DNA of 64,000 nt, taken from positions 6,135-70,134 of the forward strand of contig CASDOS010000059.1 in NCBI GenBank assembly GCA_949282205.1, in the 5' to 3' direction. Within the stretch, counting starts at the first letter, position 1. Each line of letters begins with the position of its first letter. The notes below the pieces were generated by a model, which was not told where the DNA came from, made no database searches, and saw only the letters and a list, made by a program, of their open reading frames with translations. Source of the stretch: an uncultured Alphaproteobacteria bacterium (GTDB taxonomy: Bacteria; Pseudomonadota; Alphaproteobacteria; RF32; CAG-239). The translations under genes and the position numbers were made by a program. Below, in pieces: positions 19,960 through 29,050 of the stretch.

Positions 19960-20076
19960 ACAGTATAAACAGAATGTCAACACATTTGTCAAAATAGCGC
20001 ACAAAAAAACTTGACAAAATGTAAGAAGTAGATAAGATAAAAGCAATTAACAATTATTATGGACTTAAAACTTTAA
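19960..20076. promoter_or_regulatory. Divergent promoter region: minus-strand TTGACA-17-TTTATA for large paralog A; plus-strand TTGACA-16-TAAGAT plus conserved leader and 5-codon uORF (MDLKL) for J gene 3
   Basis: Hexamers read directly; leader copy at 20044-20070. Confidence 0.55.
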
Positions 20077-20081
20077 GGATT

Positions 20082-20888
20082 ATGACAAAATTATTTGTGA
20101 TTATCGTTGTATTGTTCGTTATTGTTGCTTTTGTGGTAGCGCATATATGGAATAAGGCTAGAAAAGAGCGAGAGCAAAAAATAAGACGAATAATAGAAGA
20201 ACAAGAAAAAAAAGAACGTGAAAGACAAGAATTTGAACGACAGGAACGCGAACGTTTGGAACGTGAACGCCAAGAGCGCTTAAAAGAAGAAGCTATGAAC
20301 AGAATGCGTGAACAAAAAGCACGTGAACGCCAAGAGCGCTTAAAAGAAGAAGCTATGAACAGAATGCGTGAACAAAAAGCACGTGAAGAAGCAGAACGTA
20401 TAAAAAACAAGTATGCGAAAGCTAAAGTTTTCTTTCAGGGCATATGGGTAACGCAGCAACAGTTGTCGTATTTGGCTAATTTTTCAGAAATAAGCAGTAT
20501 GCAAGGCAAGAAATTACGAGATTTCTTAAGTAATTTAGGAAAGACCAATCCTCTCTTTGCAGATTTTACCCAAGAAGCTGAAAACAGTCAAAAAGAAAAG
20601 GAAAAAGCAAAGTGGGACAGTTATAGCCAAACGAAACAAAATCATGGTTATAGAACAACTTCCACAAACACTGGTCAGGCCCAAAGCGCAAACGTCAATT
20701 CTTTCTATCAAATGTTCGGCTTAACTCCAGAAACACTGACATCCGAAAGTTTAAAAAGAGCTTATCGAGAGTTGGTTAAAAAGTATCATCCGGATAAAAA
20801 TAAAGAGCCGGATGCTGCCGAAAAATTTCAAAGAGTACAGAGGTGTTATAAATATCTCAAAGGAGAATTACACCGCAAGACAGCCTAA
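20082..20888 (+). CDS. TM-anchored coiled-coil J-domain protein
   Basis: N-terminal TM helix, ERQERLKEEAMNRMREQKAR duplicated, C-terminal J domain (YHPDKNKEPDAAEKFQRVQRCYKYLKGELHRKTA). Confidence 0.8.
   Translation: MTKLFVIIVVLFVIVAFVVAHIWNKARKEREQKIRRIIEEQEKKERERQEFERQERERLERERQERLKEEAMNRMREQKARERQERLKEEAMNRMREQKAREEAERIKNKYAKAKVFFQGIWVTQQQLSYLANFSEISSMQGKKLRDFLSNLGKTNPLFADFTQEAENSQKEKEKAKWDSYSQTKQNHGYRTTSTNTGQAQSANVNSFYQMFGLTPETLTSESLKRAYRELVKKYHPDKNKEPDAAEKFQRVQRCYKYLKGELHRKTA
20261..20380 (+). repeat. Perfect 60-bp tandem duplication (2 copies) inside the J-domain gene
   Basis: acgtgaacgccaagagcgcttaaaagaagaagctatgaacagaatgcgtgaacaaaaagc x2, 100% identical, in frame. Confidence 0.9.
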
Positions 20889-20908
20889 CCGTTCAATCAA
20901 TTAAGTAC

Positions 20909-20942
20909 AAACGCCTCTTGAAAAGGGGCGTTTTGCTTTTTA
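20909..20942 (+). terminator. Rho-independent terminator (cassette copy 3)
   Basis: aaacgcctcttgaaaaggggcgttttgcttttt. Confidence 0.65.
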
Positions 20943-20970
20943 AAGAAGCATCAAGTGTTGCACAAAAAAC

Positions 20971-21030
20971 TTGACAAAATAAAAGAAGGCGATATGATAA
21001 AAGCAATTAACAATTATTATGGACTTAAAA
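20971..21030 (+). promoter_or_regulatory. Promoter TTGACA-16-TATGAT plus conserved leader with uORF ATG at 21019
   Basis: Leader CAATTAACAATTATTATGGACTTAAAA. Confidence 0.6.
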
Positions 21031-21040
21031 TTTAAGGATT

Positions 21041-21691
21041 ATGGCAATCGTTATGATTTATATGCTTTTGATTTTAGTGTTGGCTGCTATAGTTTTTTTC
21101 TTATATCTGATATCCAAGACAATAAGAGAAGATAATGAATACTACAAAAGGCAAGCTGAACAAGAGGCAAAATTCCGCCGAAATGCTAAAGAAAAAAGAA
21201 AACAAGATACTGAAAATATACATCAAAACATAGATGATAGTTTTGAAGAATTACATAAAAGTCTTGAAGAATTACATAATAGTTTTGAAGAATTACATAA
21301 AAGTCTTGAAGAATTACATAATAGTTTTGAAGAATTACATAAAAGTCTTGAAGAATTACTGAAGAGTTTGGAGGAATTAAGAGCGGTTCTGGAAGAAAAG
21401 CAGCGTGCCAGACAAGAATATTGCCGAAATAGTTACAATAACAACAGTAATCGTGGCAGCAATAGTAGTAATGGCGAGAGAACTTACAAAAGGTTAGAAG
21501 GCGTTTATAAAACTTTTGACTTAACTCCCTCGACATTAACCGAAGCAAGCTTAAAGCAATCTTATCGTCGCTTGGTTCAGCTTTATCATCCAGATAGAAA
21601 CAAAGAACTGAATGCAACTGAAAAATTTCAAAAAATACAGTCGTATTACAGTATCTTACAGAAAGAATTGAAAAGTAAAAATGCTAGATGA
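21041..21691 (+). CDS. TM-anchored repeat-containing J-domain protein
   Basis: N-terminal TM; SFEELHKSLEELHN repeats; C-terminal J domain YHPDRNKELNATEKFQKIQSYY. Confidence 0.8.
   Translation: MAIVMIYMLLILVLAAIVFFLYLISKTIREDNEYYKRQAEQEAKFRRNAKEKRKQDTENIHQNIDDSFEELHKSLEELHNSFEELHKSLEELHNSFEELHKSLEELLKSLEELRAVLEEKQRARQEYCRNSYNNNSNRGSNSSNGERTYKRLEGVYKTFDLTPSTLTEASLKQSYRRLVQLYHPDRNKELNATEKFQKIQSYYSILQKELKSKNAR
21239..21358 (+). repeat. 42-bp (2 x 21 bp) in-frame tandem repeats, ~2.8 copies
   Basis: agttttgaagaattacataaaagtcttgaagaattacataat repeated. Confidence 0.85.
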
Positions 21692-21696
21692 AACAA

Positions 21697-21730
21697 AAAA
21701 AAGACGTTCCCTCAAGGAAACGTCTTTTTT
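21697..21730. terminator. Bidirectional hairpin terminator
   Basis: aaaaaaaagacgtttccttgagggaacgtcttttttt palindrome. Confidence 0.6.
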
Positions 21731-21752
21731 TATGATACACGATTAATATGAC

Positions 21753-23183
21753 CTAGTCACTAGGGTGAATGCGACCGGTAATGCATCCAATTCTTTCCGG
21801 AGAAGAGAAATGCACTCCTTCTACAGGCATGGTTGATTCAAAATGATAGGCCAGCGTGTCAAACGCGTTGAAAAGAACTCTACCTAATCCAACCGCGGCA
21901 CAACCTGCGGCACTAACACCGACTTTAGCTACTTGAACACTTAAATGAGATGAAACTTTGGCTCCAACTTTTGCAATACGAGCAATTTTCTTAAGATTTT
22001 TAAACTGTTCAAGTTCATGTCCGGAGATATTGCGAATATAATCGTTGCTATATTGACAATAATCAAATTTTCGGTCTTGCACCAAAAAGTTTAAGACGTC
22101 TTCAGAAAAATCGCGTCCCCAAGATTCATACACAAACTCAGGCATCAAAAGCACACGTCGTTTAGTTGCTTTGAAATTTTTACTGTTGATGATGTTATCA
22201 GAACAGATAATATTTCCTTTCACATCAACAGAGAACAATCTTTCCCCACGCAAAAAACGATTTTTTAATTCAAACTGATCTTGCACCAGAGGAAGAGCCT
22301 GTTCAAATGTCAAATCAACATATCCAACCTTAAGTTCCAACTCATTTGTACCGGAATAAAGGGTAGAAGAGTAGGGTTCTCTGGTATAGTAACCACGTTC
22401 AAAGCAGTGAAGATTTGGATTTTGTGCCACTTGCTCATATTGTCCGTTTTTAAGCATGAGAGCAAACTCATGGAATAAGGGTTGCAAATTACCGAAACCG
22501 TTAAGTTTTTCAACAATCGGATCGCAGAAATCCGTATTAATCGGATTGCCGTTAATCATACAGTTAAACGGTACATAGTGATCAGAAGTTTCATCCTGAG
22601 CAATAACCAGAGTTTCAGCATTAGGGTCAGTCAGCAAGCGCCAATTTTTAGATAAGACATCCGGATAATCTTGAGCGAGCTTAGCAGTTTCTTCAGGGAA
22701 GAAGCGTTTGGCGTCATCAAAATCAATTCTGAACCAATCAGCCATCGGAGGTCTTTTAAAACGATTAACCAAGGTAATCGGTTTCGCATTTTTTACCACG
22801 CGTCGTCCGTTGGCATGATAGCAAACAATTTTGTCGGAAAAGACCTTTGCCATAGGAATATTAAGGGCATATCTCATTAATGAACCCAAGGCATAGTTAC
22901 CGGCATCAAAAGCAAGCATATTACCGATTTTTAACCCCCAGATACGTTCACGCAGAACAACCGGAGAAGTTTCCGTTCCAACTTTTGCCGGAAGCAAATT
23001 TGCATTAACCTCAGGCAATTCGATTACCTTATCATGTAAAGCCGGAACAATTTCGGGATAAGAGCACTCAGACTTAATCAACGCAATGTTGCAAGATTTT
23101 GGCTGAATTTTTTGCAGTTCAAAAATAGATTGCAGACAAATCCAATAGGCTTGCGCAAGAGTTAAACTTGTATTTTTTTCCAT
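21753..23183 (-). CDS. Conserved hypothetical ~476-aa protein, 'large paralog B'
   Basis: Start at the conserved MEKN. Paralog of 18479-19903; its own TTGACT-16-TATACT promoter is on the minus strand. Confidence 0.6.
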   Translation of the reverse strand: MEKNTSLTLAQAYWICLQSIFELQKIQPKSCNIALIKSECSYPEIVPALHDKVIELPEVNANLLPAKVGTETSPVVLRERIWGLKIGNMLAFDAGNYALGSLMRYALNIPMAKVFSDKIVCYHANGRRVVKNAKPITLVNRFKRPPMADWFRIDFDDAKRFFPEETAKLAQDYPDVLSKNWRLLTDPNAETLVIAQDETSDHYVPFNCMINGNPINTDFCDPIVEKLNGFGNLQPLFHEFALMLKNGQYEQVAQNPNLHCFERGYYTREPYSSTLYSGTNELELKVGYVDLTFEQALPLVQDQFELKNRFLRGERLFSVDVKGNIICSDNIINSKNFKATKRRVLLMPEFVYESWGRDFSEDVLNFLVQDRKFDYCQYSNDYIRNISGHELEQFKNLKKIARIAKVGAKVSSHLSVQVAKVGVSAAGCAAVGLGRVLFNAFDTLAYHFESTMPVEGVHFSSPERIGCITGRIHPSD

Positions 23184-23361
23184 AAAAGTAAAAATTAATA
23201 GTGAAACAAAAAGATAAATAAAACACAAGAAGTATAGGATAGTTAGACAAAAAGTCAAGTAAAAAATAAAATTAGAAACTCGAGAAAACATCATTGACAA
23301 AAGAAGAAAAAAACTTCACAATAATAAGAAAGGAAAGAAAAAGAGGAAAGGAGAGGACACG

Positions 23362-24045
23362 ATGGCGCAAAAAGTATGTTTAATCACCGGCGCGACCGGT
23401 TTTGTCGGGCAAGAAATTTTAAATGAACTGGTGTCATCAGGTCGAAAAGTTTTGGCATTGGGAGATTCAGAAGAAGCCTTTAGTCCGTTGTTGGCCAATA
23501 ATAAGATGATTAAAGCGACGTCAGCGTTGCCGATAACGGCGGAAGCGTTCAAAGAGCACAATGTGCAATTTTGCTTTGGAGATGTGGCGGATATTTCTTT
23601 TCTGGCCTCAATATTTAATACAGCGTCCAAAAGCGGTATAGAAATCGAGTTTGTGCTGCACTTGGCAGCCGTCAAAAAAGGGCGGCAAGTTGCGTTAATG
23701 GGCGATGGCACGGCAAATTTATTGGAAGTCTGCCGCGCGTATTGGCAGAGCAATCCGGAAACATTTAAGGGCTTTTTCTATGCGGCGGGAGAAGGAGATA
23801 TAATTCGCAAATTTTCGCAAAAAGACGGTTTTCCGGTAAAGTTTTATAAATTGCGTTCGAGTTTTGCCGAGAATAAAGAAAGTGAAGTGCCGAGCGAAAA
23901 TCTGTACCGTTTATTTACGCCGGTAGACATGCCGATATTGAAAAAATATCAGAGCAAGAGCGTCGGTAAAAAGGCTTCTGTCAGCGATAACACATATATA
24001 AAAGACCTATCGCAAGCCATAGGGCGTTTGTTAAATAGTATATAA
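23362..24045 (+). CDS. NAD-dependent epimerase/dehydratase-family (atypical SDR) protein
   Basis: ITGATGFVGQEIL Rossmann motif. Confidence 0.6.
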   Translation: MAQKVCLITGATGFVGQEILNELVSSGRKVLALGDSEEAFSPLLANNKMIKATSALPITAEAFKEHNVQFCFGDVADISFLASIFNTASKSGIEIEFVLHLAAVKKGRQVALMGDGTANLLEVCRAYWQSNPETFKGFFYAAGEGDIIRKFSQKDGFPVKFYKLRSSFAENKESEVPSENLYRLFTPVDMPILKKYQSKSVGKKASVSDNTYIKDLSQAIGRLLNSI

Positions 24046-24060
24046 GGCAGAACTGTTGTA

Positions 24061-24666
24061 TCAGTTATTAAGCGCGATAATTTCGAGAGCACCTGTGTCG
24101 AGATTGAAGTACCAACCATGCAAATCAAGAGTTTTGTTAAAGACCGCCTCTTTGATAAAAGGGAAGGTCATTAAGTTAGCCATAGAAATACGGATAGCTT
24201 CTTTTTCACACAAATTGCAAGCCACATCGTGAGAGTGATGAGTACAAATATCACGAATTTCAGGCGTATCGGCGATATCAAGCCAAGTATCAATAAAAGT
24301 ATGCTCATGTTTATGAGCGGAAACCAGAGTGTTAATGCCGCCGCAGTGGCTATGGCCGAGAACAACGATATTTTCTACTTTTAAGTGTATAACGGCATAT
24401 TCGATAGCGGCAGAAGTACCGTGGCAATGGCTCATATCGGAATCAAACGGAGGAACCAGATTGGCGACATTGCGAATAACAAAAATATCACCGGGGTTGG
24501 TATTAAGCAAAATAGAAGGATCAACCCGAGAGTCACTACAAGCAATAACCAAAGTTTTAGGGGCTTGTCCATCTCGAACCAAAGTTTGATAGATTTCGGG
24601 CTGGTCAACAAAATATTGTTTATAAAAATCCTGATATCCCTGTAAAAGTTTTGCGATTTTAACCAT
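24061..24666 (-). CDS. Beta-class carbonic anhydrase
   Basis: CSDSRVDPS ... GHSHCGG zinc-ligand motifs. Confidence 0.85.
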   Translation of the reverse strand: MVKIAKLLQGYQDFYKQYFVDQPEIYQTLVRDGQAPKTLVIACSDSRVDPSILLNTNPGDIFVIRNVANLVPPFDSDMSHCHGTSAAIEYAVIHLKVENIVVLGHSHCGGINTLVSAHKHEHTFIDTWLDIADTPEIRDICTHHSHDVACNLCEKEAIRISMANLMTFPFIKEAVFNKTLDLHGWYFNLDTGALEIIALNN

Positions 24667-24797
24667 CTTTATTAACTCCGGTAAATAACACCCGCAAAAT
24701 AGAGGTAAGAAAATAGAAAGTCAAGTAAAAGATGAAATCGGGAAAACATTGACTTAAATAGATAAATAATATAAAATTACCCTATGGGAGAAAGGAT

Positions 24798-25982
24798 ATG
24801 ACGCGCGAGGAATTAAAACAAGATTTAAAGAAAGCTGCAATAACCGCAATGACAGTACTGTCTACGTTAAACGCGCCAACAGCACAAGCCTCCGAACAAG
24901 CGCCAATGGAAGACGATAAAATCATCGAACGCACAGAATACGTTGTCCCCAATAAATATCCCCAAGATGACCGAGTTGCTGTCAGAGAAATAGATATAAC
25001 AGTCCCTAATGCGGGTTCACGTGTTAAAATAACAGGACAAGAAGAAAGTTACAAAGAATATACCCCAGAGTTAAGTGAAGAAAATAAAGTAGAACAACAG
25101 CGAGAAGAGTATGATAGAAAGAACCGCCTGCGTTTAAAAGAAGATTTAAAAATGCAAGCCAATAATCACGAAGCAAACGCTTTACAGCGCATGTATGGCT
25201 ATGGCAATAATAGTTCATATGGCAATTATCAATATAGCCAAGATGAATATGATAAAAAAGGTCGGGTAACAGAAAACCGAGTACATAGTGGTTTTTATGG
25301 AAACTCTGCAAGTCTGATGAGTGATATAGTTGTAGACGGGCGTCGAGGCAAAGATATATATAAAGATGGTAATAGAGCTTTGGACGATACGTTTGAGGTT
25401 AGACATTTTGATGGTCCGAATAAAAAAGAAACCAGTGTGATTTATACGGATTATAATCGCAGAGGTGAACAAAAAGCAGAATATACAGGTACCTACAGTG
25501 AAGGGAGTGAAAAATATACCAAAGAAAAGGGCGATAAATTTACGGAAGTTTCCTTTGTTGGCGGTAAATATAAAGGTCATGTTAGCGAAGAAGACGCTGA
25601 TGGCGAGATGAAGACTAAAGAATTAAGCGAGCGCAAAGTTAAACGACAGGTAAGAAAGATACGTAATTTATTAGAGCGAAAATTGAAAAAAGAAACCGGT
25701 GCAAAAAGCATAGAAGGATATGAAGATTTAGCAATACCAAGGGATACCAGAACACAAGTTCCATTAAGTATAGGATTTGATGGAGATTTCTCTCAAGAAA
25801 AATACGATGCCACCCAAGCAGAGATAACTCAAGAAAACTCAGACTTGACTTCAAAACTAGAAAAAGGCGAGAAGGTTATTGTAACCAAGCGGGAGTCAGA
25901 AGAAACCAAACGCCGAGGTAGTTTGAGCAATGAAGAAATGCGAGAAATTATGCGTCAAAAATTAATCAAGATGCAAGATTAA
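24798..25982 (+). CDS. Secreted highly charged low-complexity protein (K/E/D/Y-rich)
   Basis: Signal peptide ...TAMTVLSTLNAPTAQA; no enzymatic motifs. Confidence 0.5.
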   Translation: MTREELKQDLKKAAITAMTVLSTLNAPTAQASEQAPMEDDKIIERTEYVVPNKYPQDDRVAVREIDITVPNAGSRVKITGQEESYKEYTPELSEENKVEQQREEYDRKNRLRLKEDLKMQANNHEANALQRMYGYGNNSSYGNYQYSQDEYDKKGRVTENRVHSGFYGNSASLMSDIVVDGRRGKDIYKDGNRALDDTFEVRHFDGPNKKETSVIYTDYNRRGEQKAEYTGTYSEGSEKYTKEKGDKFTEVSFVGGKYKGHVSEEDADGEMKTKELSERKVKRQVRKIRNLLERKLKKETGAKSIEGYEDLAIPRDTRTQVPLSIGFDGDFSQEKYDATQAEITQENSDLTSKLEKGEKVIVTKRESEETKRRGSLSNEEMREIMRQKLIKMQD

Positions 25983-26157
25983 AATATTTGCCTTCAAAAA
26001 CATTTTGTCCAAATTTCAAATAAAATCGCTTGCATAAAACAAGAAAAAGCAGTATAATAAAGCTCTGTGAATAAGAATTATCTAAATAATTATAAAAACC
26101 CGTCTATGCCTTAGGCAAGTATGGAAGAGTAGGGTAAATGCCTAAAATTATAAAAAA

Positions 26158-26976
26158 ATGAATGAACAAGAAATTATGGATTGTAACGTAAAGAATGCGT
26201 ACATTAGGGGACTGGAAAAACATTTTCGTAATACAGCACGCAAGCTCTTTGCCTCAGGCGCCGGTCTGGAGGAAGTACACCGCAAAATTTCGGAACTTCG
26301 TCATCAAAATGACAAATGGCGTCCGCTCAGAGATGAAGAAAAAAAACTTTTGAAAACTTTGGATAATGAGCTACGCAAAGAATGTTATATGGCATTGATG
26401 AGCGGAGGAACATTAGCAAAGATACAAAAGCTCATCAAAGAGCGTCAGCAACAAAGAGCTGTTCGTGCCGTGAAGAAAGAAACCGTCATTCAGATGGAAA
26501 AGAGCATCACGCATCTGCAAAAATTGAAAGTGCAAATCCCGATGGCTTATTTTGAAGTCATGTTTGATTTGGATATTTTCAATGAAGGCAAGAGCACAGA
26601 GGAAGAATATTCAATTTTATCCAAAATGGGGCTTATCATGCTGAGTACCTATGATCCCAAAGGAAAAGGAGAGTATTACAACAAAGTAAGAGCCTTTATG
26701 TTTGCGAAAATAGAAGAAGCCTTTGATAAGGGGATAATTCCTCATCCGCTGATGTTTGAGTTCATGCTCAAAGGCGATTGGATAAGTGAGAATACTTTTA
26801 TGGTGTTGCATATCCACGCCGAAGAGTTAATAGAACGAGGATTAAGCGGAATGTTGGCTCTTCCTCTGGAAAGAATGTACGAAAAAAGAAAAAAGGATGA
26901 AGATCCTCAGCATCCGTTCAGCAAAAGAGAGGAGCACTATTTTATCTCACTGATAAATCTTTTTAAGAAGAAATAG
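26158..26976 (+). CDS. Hypothetical protein
   Basis: ORF only. Confidence 0.45.
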   Translation: MNEQEIMDCNVKNAYIRGLEKHFRNTARKLFASGAGLEEVHRKISELRHQNDKWRPLRDEEKKLLKTLDNELRKECYMALMSGGTLAKIQKLIKERQQQRAVRAVKKETVIQMEKSITHLQKLKVQIPMAYFEVMFDLDIFNEGKSTEEEYSILSKMGLIMLSTYDPKGKGEYYNKVRAFMFAKIEEAFDKGIIPHPLMFEFMLKGDWISENTFMVLHIHAEELIERGLSGMLALPLERMYEKRKKDEDPQHPFSKREEHYFISLINLFKKK

Positions 26977-27035
26977 CAGAGAGATAAACAAAGAACACCT
27001 ACCGCTCAAGCGATAGGTGTTTTTTTTTTACGATA

Positions 27036-27662
27036 TTAAAGATTGTTCATCACGCAAAGAGAGAGTAATTTTTCAGCAATAGATTTATCGGTAAAATAGT
27101 CGGGAATGATGCGTTCGGGCGTCAAAGAGATAGGTGCAATTTGCTGCGATTGTATTAATCGTTCACGGGCAGTAATGGTAGAGGTTTGTTGAAGAATAAG
27201 CGCAATAAAATCACCTAAATCCACTTCAATAAGGGATTTAACTTCATTATCAAGCGGACACAAAGATAAAGTGTCTAAAGTTTGCGTTGTGAGAATAGCG
27301 AAGAAATATTGAAATTCGCGAATAATATAAGAAGGTGATGGATTAGTTTTACAAATTCGGATACCGAGAAAAGTAAGTTGTTGAGCGGTAATTGACAACC
27401 CAAGTTCTTCCTTCGTTTCCCGAAGAGCCGTTTGTACAATAGTTTCGTTATTTTCAACATGTCCGCCGACACTAAAATCAACAAAATCCGGACGTTCAAA
27501 ATCATACGAGTTTTTAGGAAAGATAGTTTGCAAAAAGATTTTATTTGTATCGGGATTAAATAAGATACCTGTAAACACCTTATGCCATAAACCTTTTTGA
27601 TGTACGATTTTTTTATCTTCAAAAGAACGAGGTTTCATATCCGGTGAATAAGTTTGTATCAT
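27036..27662 (-). CDS. NUDIX hydrolase
   Basis: GGHVENNETIVQTALRETKEELGL Nudix box. Confidence 0.75.
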   Translation of the reverse strand: MIQTYSPDMKPRSFEDKKIVHQKGLWHKVFTGILFNPDTNKIFLQTIFPKNSYDFERPDFVDFSVGGHVENNETIVQTALRETKEELGLSITAQQLTFLGIRICKTNPSPSYIIREFQYFFAILTTQTLDTLSLCPLDNEVKSLIEVDLGDFIALILQQTSTITARERLIQSQQIAPISLTPERIIPDYFTDKSIAEKLLSLCVMNNL

Positions 27663-28207
27663 AAAGAGTTCTCCGTCGAATAGGGAGGGGAATTTTGAAT
27701 TTCGGCAAAGACTTTAGGATAATCTCTAAAACTTTTGCATTTTATTACTTTAAAAGAGTTATTTGCGAGGAAATCTTTAATTTCCGCATTAATTTCCTGT
27801 CCGGTAACATCATAATCGCGAATTTTGGTAAGAGTGATTTTGCGATAATGGTAGGCTTGCACGGGTAAATCTTTATCAATCGTTTTGCCGATAAGTTTTT
27901 TTGCTTTAATAAAGCGAGTTGTGAAGCGCCACATGGCAACAAGTCGATTGACACGCATATCAACAATCAAATCAGGACACATTTTTTCGTAAAGGTAACG
28001 TTGGCACCCCTCAGCCACCCAAAAGGGATGGGTATGAAGAAAGTCATAAAGTTTATCAAATTGTTCCTCACGAGGATAATAAGAACCGTCATAAGGTCGC
28101 CGACAAATTTCATCTAAATTCAATCTCGGCAGGTTGAATTTTTTATTAATAGCGTAAGCCAAAGAAGATTTTCCTGCCCCCAGAGGGCCAATGATAAGTA
28201 TTTTCAT
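27659..28207 (-). CDS. P-loop NTPase / nucleotide kinase-like protein
   Basis: MKILIIGPLGAGKSS Walker A motif; ATGA overlap with the NUDIX gene (operon). Confidence 0.6.
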   Translation of the reverse strand: MKILIIGPLGAGKSSLAYAINKKFNLPRLNLDEICRRPYDGSYYPREEQFDKLYDFLHTHPFWVAEGCQRYLYEKMCPDLIVDMRVNRLVAMWRFTTRFIKAKKLIGKTIDKDLPVQAYHYRKITLTKIRDYDVTGQEINAEIKDFLANNSFKVIKCKSFRDYPKVFAEIQNSPPYSTENSL

Positions 28208-28316
28208 AAGCCTAAGAATATAACAAGAAAAAAGAAAAGCAAGCAAAAGTAAGGAGAAATTAACGAAAAATTAGCAAGTTATATGTTAAACGGCGCCGCA
28301 AGAAAGGGAGAAAGAA

Positions 28317-28961
28317 ATGCGTTATTTTTATCAAAACAATCAGTCGAAAGAATTAATCGTATTTTTTGCGGGGTGGGGATGCGATGAAAATCAGTTTACG
28401 AACTTGCAAGATAACAAAGACGTATTAATTTTGTATGACTATCAAGATTTAGAGTTAGATTTTGAATTTTCGAGATACAATCGGATAGATGTAATAGCAT
28501 ATTCTGCCGGAGTATTTATAGCCTCAATCATGGCAGATAAAATTCCGAATGTGCAAAAACGAGTAGCCGTATGCGGAAATCCATATTTATTGGATGAAAA
28601 TTTAGGCGTATCAGCAAGAACATTAAGATGGTTTAAGTCGATAAATTTGGAAAATTATTTGGAATTTCGCCGTGAATACATGGTATCGACCGACGAAGAA
28701 TATAAGCGTTATAATGCGATGCAATCATTGAGAAGTATAGAGAGCTGCCAAAAAGAGCTGACAAGTTTGGAAAATCTGTATCAAGAACATAAAGAAGAGA
28801 TAAATCCATATTTTGATAAAGCCTTAATGGCGGAAGACGATGTTTTGTTTAAGTTAGCGGCGCAAAAAGATTTTTACCGAGAGAGAATGCATATTATACC
28901 GCGTGCCAAACATCATGTTTTCTTTCATTTTAACAGTTTCGAAGAAATTTTATCGGTGTAA
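28317..28961 (+). CDS. Alpha/beta-hydrolase, DUF452/BioG-like (tentative)
   Basis: ELIVFFAGWGCD start is typical of DUF452; not verified. Confidence 0.35.
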   Translation: MRYFYQNNQSKELIVFFAGWGCDENQFTNLQDNKDVLILYDYQDLELDFEFSRYNRIDVIAYSAGVFIASIMADKIPNVQKRVAVCGNPYLLDENLGVSARTLRWFKSINLENYLEFRREYMVSTDEEYKRYNAMQSLRSIESCQKELTSLENLYQEHKEEINPYFDKALMAEDDVLFKLAAQKDFYRERMHIIPRAKHHVFFHFNSFEEILSV

Positions 28962-29050
28962 AAACTTCTGTGAATAAATAGATAAGTTTCCGTTTCTTTA
29001 AAACAAAAAAGTCCCTAAGAAAGGGACTTTAATAAATAGCTAGCAGAAAG

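Noticed and set aside
19904-20053. N-terminal 50-aa extensions of both large paralogs (second copy 23184-23300); similar extensions on the GT genes at 2451, 46954, 47756 and on psd at 572
   Set aside because: Extensions are F/I/L/Y-rich translations of AT-rich promoter DNA. They overlap conserved promoter elements and lack ribosome-binding sites, whereas internal ATGs have good ribosome-binding sites and paralog support.
20057-20410. 117-aa minus-strand ORF over the 60-bp repeat region (also 21186-21617 minus in the 42-bp repeat gene)
   Set aside because: Antisense frames kept open only by the repetitive sequence; S/R/F low-complexity products.
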